Assembly: GCA_910580235.1 (NCBI GenBank)
Contig: CAJTVU010000008.1
Location: forward strand, 3,310 to 67,309
Direction: 5' to 3'
DNA length: 64,000 nt
Source of the DNA: an uncultured Dorea sp.
Lineage (GTDB): Bacteria; Bacillota; Clostridia; Lachnospirales; Lachnospiraceae
The position numbers and the translations under genes are program-made. Below, piece by piece: positions 55,227 through 62,691 of the stretch (the stretch's first letter is position 1; each line of letters begins with the position of its first letter). The notes under the pieces are model-generated. The model saw only the letters and a program-made list of their open reading frames with translations, searched no databases and was not told the origin of the DNA.

Positions 55227-55411
55227 CCCCTCCTTTAGCAAGATTTCCGACAGATAAACTGTGGATTTCTATGTAAACAGAGGGGCACAGTCCCTCTGCT
55301 GAAGGACTAACCGCCTACCGTTTTTTGGTAGCACCCATGAAAAGATTATAACAATTTAAGGTTATATAATTAATCCCTAAATCTTATTATTAAAATACCA
55401 GTGAAACTTTA

Positions 55412-56435
55412 TTGTTCACTGACATTTTTTTGCAAACCTTGAGTTGGAAGATAGCAGAACTTTTTGAGGAATTTGTTACCATACTATTTGTTGACTGTAT
55501 TAATAATTATGCATCTATGGAGTATATACGTAGGGGATATCTTGAGGATTTCATTAGGGAGAGCAACAGTTCATTGATAGAAGAACTTAATGTACGCTCT
55601 TTGGAGGATTTATTGGTATCCGAGGAAGTGGCGGAGGAAAAGGATGACGGAATAGCAATCAAAAATATTGGACTGCTTATGTTTGGAGAAAGACTAGACA
55701 AATTGATTGCAGGAAGCAAGATTGAGTTGGTGCGTTTTCATGATATGGAAGCGGAGGCGTCTGATTTTACAGAGAAGACATTTTACGGTCCGATATGGAA
55801 GCAGGTAAGAGACGCGCCAGACCACATTAAGACAACTGTGGTTGAGGAAAAGGTGGTAAAGGTTGATGGAAGGGCAGAAGCAGACCGTTTTTTCAACTAT
55901 CCGTATAATGCGCTGGAGGAAGCGCTTGTAAATGCGGTTTTGCACAAGAATTATAAAGAGGATGTGCCGGTAGAGATTCGGATTTATTTGGATCAGATTC
56001 AGATTATCAATTTTCTGGAATTTTTCAAGGAAATTGATTTGTCTGAGAAGAAATCGACGGGCATATCGAAAATTTTGCGCGAACTAAAAAGAAATGGTTC
56101 GCCCATGCCAGAGTTTGAAACGGATGTGGACAGAACTTATACGATTGCTACAATAAGGATTCACGGAAGGTTTGAAACTGAGAGTACAAACTTCGCTCAA
56201 AAAGATGAGCGAAGTTTTGGCGCAAAAAGATTATAATAAAGTAAGTATAATTGTTAGTTTTATGGAAGAACATGGAGAAATCACTCCTAGAGAAGCCGAA
56301 GCGGTTACGGGAAAGTCTGCTGCGACAGTTCGGAGATATTTTAAAATGCTTACAGGTACAGGATATATAGTGGCAGAGGGGAGTACTAACAATATAGTTT
56401 ATCGTATTACTATTAATTTGTCAGAAGATGATTAA
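55412..56435 (+). pseudogene. Decayed AlbA_2/HATPase_c_4/wHTH gene, paralog of 24065..25318
   Basis: It lacks the AlbA_2 N-terminus and retains EEALVNAVLHKNY. There is an internal loss where the PGG..RN..GSGI blocks should be. A frameshift joins ORF 55412..56236 to 56172..56435, which carries the wHTH. Confidence 0.6.
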
Positions 56436-56535
56436 AATGGTGGGCCTATGGAGAAAAGAACCTGTTGACAAATTAAAGAAGCACGGCCTTCTGTATGGTA
56501 TAATTATTATATCAATTATAGGAGGTCGTTTTTTT

Positions 56536-57162
56536 ATGATTAACCTGTCTCTGGAGACGGGTCTCTGGAATCATGGAATCTATATCAATGTAATTAAAAT
56601 AGCAGTAGGGTTATTGATGATTGTGAATGTTCTAATAGGCTACATACCTCAGCCGGAGTATTTAGTTGAGCTGACTTGTGTATCAAATATGCTTGGCGGG
56701 CTGCTTTTGCTGACAGACGGAATACTTAATATCAGAAAAAAGAAGAATCTTCCTAACTCTTTTTATTTGAATGTTGCAGTAAGCATACTTACAGTATTCA
56801 TTGTCTGTATGGGAAGCTTTATTGGTGCATATAAATTTAATTTTAAAGGAGCATTTTTCTTTATGCATGTCATAAGTCCTATTGTTTTTATGATTTGCTA
56901 TATGCTTTTTGTGAATGAGCAAAGTCGTAAAATCAGGTTTGTGTTAACCGCACCGATAATGGTTATGCTGTACTTTCTATTTGACTACATACGTTCTCGG
57001 CTTGTAGGCGAATTTGTTTACGGTTTTGTTGAGCCTGGAGAGCTTTCGTTTTTTTATGTAATAATTACAGGGCTTGTAATGTACATTTTTATGTATTTGC
57101 TCGGTTTGAGCTTATTTGCCTTGAATCGGATTGTACATAAAAAGGCAATGGATAACGTATAA
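56536..57162 (+). CDS. Polytopic membrane protein, unknown family
   Basis: Five or six predicted TM helices. ATG 56536 is preceded by AGGAGG. The track start at 56428 has no RBS. Confidence 0.5.
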   Translation: MINLSLETGLWNHGIYINVIKIAVGLLMIVNVLIGYIPQPEYLVELTCVSNMLGGLLLLTDGILNIRKKKNLPNSFYLNVAVSILTVFIVCMGSFIGAYKFNFKGAFFFMHVISPIVFMICYMLFVNEQSRKIRFVLTAPIMVMLYFLFDYIRSRLVGEFVYGFVEPGELSFFYVIITGLVMYIFMYLLGLSLFALNRIVHKKAMDNV

Positions 57163-57303
57163 TTGGCAGATTTTTTTAAGAGGAACATAAGATATGGTAC
57201 CAGTTTAGCCCTAAAATTTTCCAGAGCAATAAAGAAAACTGTTTTTCGTGATAAAGATATGATAAAATAAAATGAGTATAAAACCGAAAGGGAGAGAGCG
57301 GAG

Positions 57304-58332
57304 ATGGGATTTGGCGATTTTATAAAAAATCAATTTTTAGATGTCATTGAATTTGTTGATGATTCTTCTGTCAAGATACTTGTAAGCAAATTTACAAGGC
57401 AAGGGGATGAGATTAAGCAAGGCGCTCAGCTTATTGTGAGAAATGGGCAAGCGGCTGTGTTTGTCCATAGAGGGCAGATTGCGGATGTATTCGGCCCTGG
57501 CAATTACAAACTAAATACCGAGAATCTACCATTGTTATCGGCATTGGCTGCATTCCCATATCTGCTTAATTCGCCAATAAAGTCAGATTTGTATTTTATT
57601 AACACCACACAGTTTATAAATAATCGTTGGGGGACAAAAAATCCAATACTTAAGAGAGATATGGAAATAGGAATAGTTAGGATTACTGCTTTTGGAAGCT
57701 TCGCTTTCCGTATTGCAGATCCTAAATGTTTTATGACAGAGGTATTTGGAGCAAGAAATTTAAATATGACACGCGACATTATTCAGTATTTAGTATCTTT
57801 TGTCGGAGAGGCGATAGCACAGTGCCTGGGAGAAAGTAATAAATCTGTGTTAGACCTGGCCACCAATTACCGACAGCTGTCATCGATGATCTTACCATAC
57901 ATAAACGAGAAGTCTCGACCGCTTGGAATCGATATCGTACAGGCCTCAATAGAAAATATTGGGCTGCCAAAAGAAGTTGAGAAGCTGATTGACGAACAAT
58001 CGGGTATTGGATTGGCAGCCAGAGATATGGATACGTTTATACAATATCAATCTGCGCGTGCTATACGAGATGCTGCACAACAGGAAGGTGGATTGGCAGG
58101 GCTGGGCGCTGGAGCCGTAGTCGGGGCAACTGTAGCTAAGAGTATGAATGAGAGCCTGGATAAGCCTTTAAGAGGGGAAGCAGACTTCAGTCAGGATGAT
58201 AATAAAGAAATCTTGCGGGCAGGCGATATTGCAGATAAAATTGCAAAATATAAGGAATTGTTAGATAATGGGGTTTTAACCCAGGAAGAGTACGATGAAG
58301 TTAAAACATTATTACTAAAGGAGATTTCATAA
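57304..58332 (+). CDS. SPFH/Band-7 domain protein with C-terminal SHOCT domain
   Basis: N-terminus FLDVIEF..GAQLIVRNGQAAVFV..G..ADVFGPG typical of YdjI-like SPFH proteins. C-terminal IAKYKELLDNGVLTQEEYDEVK is a SHOCT motif. Confidence 0.7.
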   Translation: MGFGDFIKNQFLDVIEFVDDSSVKILVSKFTRQGDEIKQGAQLIVRNGQAAVFVHRGQIADVFGPGNYKLNTENLPLLSALAAFPYLLNSPIKSDLYFINTTQFINNRWGTKNPILKRDMEIGIVRITAFGSFAFRIADPKCFMTEVFGARNLNMTRDIIQYLVSFVGEAIAQCLGESNKSVLDLATNYRQLSSMILPYINEKSRPLGIDIVQASIENIGLPKEVEKLIDEQSGIGLAARDMDTFIQYQSARAIRDAAQQEGGLAGLGAGAVVGATVAKSMNESLDKPLRGEADFSQDDNKEILRAGDIADKIAKYKELLDNGVLTQEEYDEVKTLLLKEIS

Positions 58333-59060
58333 TGGATACGGTTCAGGAATTAGAGAAGTGCAAACGTTTATTAGATGATGGCGCCATTAGCGATGAAGAA
58401 TTCCGAGTGATGAAACAGAAGATACTCGGGTTGAAGACAGATGCTGAAAAGGAACTTGAAAGACAAGAAGAACGGAGAAAGGCGCTTGCTGAAATCGAAA
58501 GAATGAGGGAAAAAGAAGAGCGCGCTCTTCAAGCAGAGAGAGAAAGAGAAGAAGCCAAACGGGCGCAGGAAGAAGCAGAGAGATCTCGTCTGCTTCAAGA
58601 GGAGAAGCGACGGAAAGAGGCCGAACAGCTGGCACAAATAGAGAAAGACCGGCAGATTAAATATCAGCAGGCTTTTGATGTAGAAAAAGCAAAGGAGTCG
58701 GCAAGGCTGGAGGCGGCACGCGAGTCGGAAAATAAAATACGTCAGGAAAAGTCAGAAAAGGTCCAGAATACTGCAAAGAAAGTATTTGTTGTTGTAAAAA
58801 CAATTATTTTATGGATTGTGACAGTCCTCCTCCTTCTTATAAGCATTGCTTCCTTTGAATCATCCATGACTTCCGGGCTTCCATATGTATTAGCAGGGAT
58901 AAATATGTTCTTGTTAGCTGTTATGGCTTGCCCATTGATTACAAAGAAAACAAAAGAGCTGCCTCAATTACAGCAATATTATAAGTATAAGAAGATTATT
59001 GTGATAGCGGTCGTTGTCTTGTTTCTTGCAATTGCAGCGTATGCAGGCAGTAAAATGTGA
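58332..59060 (+). CDS. SHOCT domain / charged coiled-coil / C-terminal membrane-anchored protein
   Basis: LEKCKRLLDDGAISDEEFRVMKQKIL (SHOCT), a long E/R/K-rich helix, and three C-terminal TM segments. The start overlaps the upstream stop (TAATG). Confidence 0.6.
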   Translation: MDTVQELEKCKRLLDDGAISDEEFRVMKQKILGLKTDAEKELERQEERRKALAEIERMREKEERALQAEREREEAKRAQEEAERSRLLQEEKRRKEAEQLAQIEKDRQIKYQQAFDVEKAKESARLEAARESENKIRQEKSEKVQNTAKKVFVVVKTIILWIVTVLLLLISIASFESSMTSGLPYVLAGINMFLLAVMACPLITKKTKELPQLQQYYKYKKIIVIAVVVLFLAIAAYAGSKM

Positions 59061-59165
59061 AAGGAGATGCGTGCAGCTCACAAAGTAAGTTCTTCGGAGC
59101 CTGTTTTCCTTTTTTTGTAAAAGTTTGGCGCATTTTCAAAAAATAAAATTTAATGATAAAACTAG

Positions 59166-59194
59166 TTGATAAATTTTGTCGGATTTGATATAAT
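59166..59194 (+). promoter_or_regulatory. Consensus-like orphan promoter upstream of vsr
   Basis: TTGATA, 17 nt, TATAAT. Confidence 0.5.
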
Positions 59195-59242
59195 TTCTAT
59201 GATAGTTATTTTACTCATCATAATTTATCATATCAGGGAGGG

Positions 59243-59274
59243 CAGGTTCTTCGGAACCTGTTTTCCCGTTTTTT
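59243..59274 (+). terminator. Intrinsic terminator about 50 nt after the orphan promoter
   Basis: CAGGTTC ttcg GAACCTG followed by TTTTCCCGTTTTTT. A degenerate copy lies at 59087..59117, after the SHOCT gene. Confidence 0.65.
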
Positions 59275-59402
59275 ACGTAAAGAAGACGAGAAATTAGATG
59301 CAGATAGTAGTTTGTATTGCCGGATAATTGAATAATCTGCGCTATTTTGGTAGAATAAAATATACTCCGGGGCATCCGGTAATAATTGCAGGTGAATGTC
59401 TA

Positions 59403-59888
59403 ATGTCAGTAAAGAGCCCACGATTTCATGGAGAAGTAACGGAAAGAAGCCATAAGAATATGAGCAGGATACGGGGGAAGGACACGAGTATAGAGGTCAC
59501 GCTCCGTAAGGCATTATGGCGCAAAGGATATCGGTATAGGAAGAACTACAAGAAATTGCCGGGAAGGCCGGACATTGTGCTGACAAAGTACCGGATCGCT
59601 ATTTTCTGCGACAGCGAGTTTTTTCATGGCAAAGACTGGGATATACGGAAACCTAAGCTGGAAAAGGGAAGGAACCCCGACTATTGGGTCAAGAAAATAG
59701 AGTGCAATATGCAGAGAGATGAAGAAAAGGACAAAGAGCTGAACTTTATGGGATGGACGGTCATACATTTCTGGGGAAAAGACATCTTGAAGAATACAGA
59801 GGAGTGCATCCGTGTTATAGAAGAGACAATATTTGATCTGGAACTGGGAGAGATAGACTGTGATGAGGAAGTTCAGGAGGGAATATAG
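59403..59888 (+). CDS. vsr: Very-short-patch repair endonuclease
   Basis: SRIRGKDTSIEVTLRKALWRKGYRYR..LPGRPDIVL..IAIFCDSEFFHG..W. RBS AGGTGA precedes ATG 59403. Confidence 0.85.
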   Translation: MSVKSPRFHGEVTERSHKNMSRIRGKDTSIEVTLRKALWRKGYRYRKNYKKLPGRPDIVLTKYRIAIFCDSEFFHGKDWDIRKPKLEKGRNPDYWVKKIECNMQRDEEKDKELNFMGWTVIHFWGKDILKNTEECIRVIEETIFDLELGEIDCDEEVQEGI

Positions 59889-60212
59889 ATGGAAGATACA
59901 ATAGTAGTGATAGTCCTTTTAATCTTATCAATAATCGCATTTATAATAAGCGTCCGTTCTTTCCGGGAAAAAGGCTTTCTGTTTAACAACGCGTACCTCC
60001 TGGCGTCGGAACAAGAGCGTGAGAGATTGAATAAAAAGCCGTATTATCGACAGACGGGCATTGTATTCCTTCTGATAGGCATTTTGTTCGTATTAAATGC
60101 AGTTGAAGTATTTTTAAATACCGGATGGATATATTACATTATAGCAGTTGTTGTAATCGGTACAATTATTTATGCGATCGTTTCTGGTATAAAAATTGAA
60201 AGCCAAGACTAA
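59889..60212 (+). CDS. DUF3784-like small membrane protein
   Basis: Three TM segments with an intervening GFLFNNAYLLASEQERERLNKK loop. Confidence 0.5.
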   Translation: MEDTIVVIVLLILSIIAFIISVRSFREKGFLFNNAYLLASEQERERLNKKPYYRQTGIVFLLIGILFVLNAVEVFLNTGWIYYIIAVVVIGTIIYAIVSGIKIESQD

Positions 60213-60224
60213 GTTCTTTCTCTC

Positions 60225-60253
60225 TTGTAATTTAGTGCAATAAAGTATATAAT
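60225..60253 (+). promoter_or_regulatory. Sigma-A type promoter placing the TSS at the first base of motif copy D
   Basis: TTGTAA, 17 nt, TATAAT. The motif begins 6 nt downstream. Confidence 0.6.
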
Positions 60254-60258
60254 AATTT

Positions 60259-60314
60259 GGTATGTTTAAATATATGCCCTTTTCTGGGGCGGGCGGACTT
60301 AGTCCGATAAGGTA
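60259..60314 (+). repeat. Conserved structured intergenic motif, copy D (5' leader of the OPT transporter gene)
   Basis: GGTATGTTTAAATATATGCCCTTTTCTGGGGCGGGCGGACTTAGTCCGATAAGGTA. The first stem is changed to GGTAT/ATGCC, which keeps the pairing. Confidence 0.6.
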
Positions 60315-60362
60315 TGCCTATGTGGGTATACGAATTTATAAAAAGAAGGAAGGAAAGTAAAA

Positions 60363-62261
60363 ATGAACGATAATAATGAGTTCAAACCTTATGTTCCGGC
60401 GGAAAAGATTACGCCGGAGATTACCGTTGCATCTATTGTGATGGGCGTCATTCTGGCTGTTGTCTTCGGCGCGGCGAACGCTTACCTGGGGCTTCGCGTC
60501 GGCATGACTGTCTCTGCCTCTATTCCGGCGGCAGTTCTTGCCATGGGGGTTATCCGCGTGATTATGCAGAAGAATTCCATTTTAGAGAGCAATATTGTCC
60601 AGACGATCGGCTCTGCTGGAGAATCTCTGGCAGCAGGCGCTATTTTCACGATGCCGGCTTTGTTTCTGTGGGCAGAGGAAGGCTTAACGGAGATGCCGAG
60701 CATCATAGAGATTACGCTTATCTCGCTCTGCGGCGGTATTCTTGGCATCTTATTCATGGTACCGCTTCGCAACGCGTTGATCGTGAAAGAGCATGCCACA
60801 TTGCTCTATCCAGAAGGCACTGCATGTGCAGATGTCCTTTTGGCGGGAGAAGAGGGAGGAGCTAATGCATCTACAGTATTTTCCGGTATGGGGCTTGCGG
60901 CGATATATAAGTTCATCGTTGACGGGCTGAAGGTGATACCGGCGGATATTTCTCTCGCATTCAAGTCTTTCAAAGGGGAGCTGGGAGTGGAAGTCTATCC
61001 GGCCCTTCTTGGCGTAGGCTATATCGTGGGGCCTAAGATCGCCTCTTACATGTTTGCCGGTTCTGTCCTTGGGTGGATGGTGATCATTCCGCTTATCTGC
61101 CTGTTTGGCCAGAATATCTCTCTGTACCCGGCAGAGACAGGAGTGACTATTGCCCAGTTGTATGCAGAAGGCGGCGCGTCCGCTATCTGGGGAAGCTATG
61201 TGAGATACATAGGGGCTGGGGCGATTGCCACAGGCGGTGTGATCTCTCTCATCAAATCGCTTCCTCTGATTGTTACGACTTTCCGGGATTCCATGAAGGG
61301 AATGAAGGGAGGAAGGAGTACAAGTACAGAGCGTACAGCGTTGGATCTGCCTATGAACCTTATCCTTGCCGGTATCGCGGCCATGATCGTCATTATCTGG
61401 CTTGTCCCGGCAGTCCCGGTAAACTTGCTCGGTGCAGTTATGATCGTCGTATTTGGGTTTTTCTTCGCGACCGTATCTTCCCGTATGGTAGGGCTTATCG
61501 GAAGCTCCAATAACCCGGTTTCCGGTATGGCGATCGCAACGCTCCTTGTTGCTACATTTGCTATTAAGGCATCTGGGAATACAGGGATTTCAGGAATGGT
61601 CGCGGCCATTGCGGTAGGGTCTGTTATCTGTATCATTGCGGCCATCGCGGGAGATACGTCTCAGGATTTGAAAACGGGGTATCTTCTGGGGGCTACGCCG
61701 AGGAAGCAGCAGATTGGCGAGATTATCGGAGTCGTTGCAGCAGCTCTTGCGATCGGCGGGGTGCTCTACCTTCTGAACACAGCATGGGGATATGGAGGAG
61801 CGGAAGTCCCTGCGCCCCAGGCTACGCTTATGAAGATGATCGTAGAAGGGATCATGGGAGGGAACCTGCCATGGAACCTTGTATTTATCGGAGTATGTAT
61901 AGGGATCGCTCTTGAGATCTTAAGAATCCCGGTCATGCCGTTCGCGCTTGGATTATATCTTCCGATCTATTTAAATGCAGCTATTATGTGTGGCGGCGTT
62001 GTCCGCATGCTTATGGACGGACGCAAAAAAGTAGATGAGAAGACGAAAGAGAGGCAGGCGACAGACGGAACGCTGTTCTGCGCGGGCATGATCGCCGGAG
62101 AGGGGATCGTAGGGATCGCGCTTGCGATCCTGACAGTATTTGGAATTAATATGAGCATTGCGGATAAGCTAAGCCTGGGCAATATCGGAGGGCTTGTCCT
62201 TCTGGCGGTTATGATCCTATCCTTGCTCAAATTCTCTCTGTGGAAGAAGAGTAAAAATTAA
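60363..62261 (+). CDS. OPT-family oligopeptide transporter
   Basis: 632 aa, about 16 TM helices, with GLRVGMT..SASIPAAV and GD.SQDLKTGYLLGATP blocks. Confidence 0.85.
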   Translation: MNDNNEFKPYVPAEKITPEITVASIVMGVILAVVFGAANAYLGLRVGMTVSASIPAAVLAMGVIRVIMQKNSILESNIVQTIGSAGESLAAGAIFTMPALFLWAEEGLTEMPSIIEITLISLCGGILGILFMVPLRNALIVKEHATLLYPEGTACADVLLAGEEGGANASTVFSGMGLAAIYKFIVDGLKVIPADISLAFKSFKGELGVEVYPALLGVGYIVGPKIASYMFAGSVLGWMVIIPLICLFGQNISLYPAETGVTIAQLYAEGGASAIWGSYVRYIGAGAIATGGVISLIKSLPLIVTTFRDSMKGMKGGRSTSTERTALDLPMNLILAGIAAMIVIIWLVPAVPVNLLGAVMIVVFGFFFATVSSRMVGLIGSSNNPVSGMAIATLLVATFAIKASGNTGISGMVAAIAVGSVICIIAAIAGDTSQDLKTGYLLGATPRKQQIGEIIGVVAAALAIGGVLYLLNTAWGYGGAEVPAPQATLMKMIVEGIMGGNLPWNLVFIGVCIGIALEILRIPVMPFALGLYLPIYLNAAIMCGGVVRMLMDGRKKVDEKTKERQATDGTLFCAGMIAGEGIVGIALAILTVFGINMSIADKLSLGNIGGLVLLAVMILSLLKFSLWKKSKN

Positions 62262-62623
62262 TGAGAAGGAAAAAGAAAGAACAACATAATTATCTCGAAT
62301 TCATACCTGAGAGATCGCCAATGCTTAAGTGGCATACGGATGGAGAAGAGCTGGTCGTGCTGGAGATCGAGAACAGAGGGGCATTTAATGCCATCGCGCA
62401 GAAGCTCTTTAAGAAACCGCGATTTACGCAGATACATCTGGACGAACAGGGAAGCTTCCTGTGGCCGCTTATTAATGGAAAGCAGACGGTTATGGAGCTG
62501 GCGGCTCTACAGAAAGAGCGGTTTGGCGAGAGAGCAGAGCCTCTGTACCCGAGGATTGTGAAATATTTTCAGATTATGGAGAGCTACCGCTTTATCAGGT
62601 TTACGAATAAGCCAGAGAAATAG
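62261..62623 (+). CDS. PqqD-family small protein
   Basis: LDEQGSFLWPLINGKQTVMELAALQKERFG winged-helix-like block. The start overlaps the OPT stop (TAATG). Confidence 0.55.
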   Translation: MRRKKKEQHNYLEFIPERSPMLKWHTDGEELVVLEIENRGAFNAIAQKLFKKPRFTQIHLDEQGSFLWPLINGKQTVMELAALQKERFGERAEPLYPRIVKYFQIMESYRFIRFTNKPEK

Positions 62624-62627
62624 GAAT

Positions 62628-62661
62628 AAGCTTTCCCGGCGTCAGAACCGGGAAGGCTTTT
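62628..62661 (+). terminator. Intrinsic terminator
   Basis: AAGCTTTCCCGG..CCGGGAAGGCTT followed by TTT. Confidence 0.7.
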
Positions 62662-62691
62662 GGAGATTTATATGCAATGGAGGATTATACG

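Noticed and set aside
59199-59297. Possible leaderless 32-aa hydrophobic ORF (MIVILLIIIYHIREGRFFGTCFPVFYVKKTRN) starting at the predicted TSS.
   Set aside because: The intrinsic terminator hairpin and U-tract (59243..59274) lie inside the ORF, so a full-length mRNA is unlikely. It is kept only as part of the promoter-terminator unit finding.
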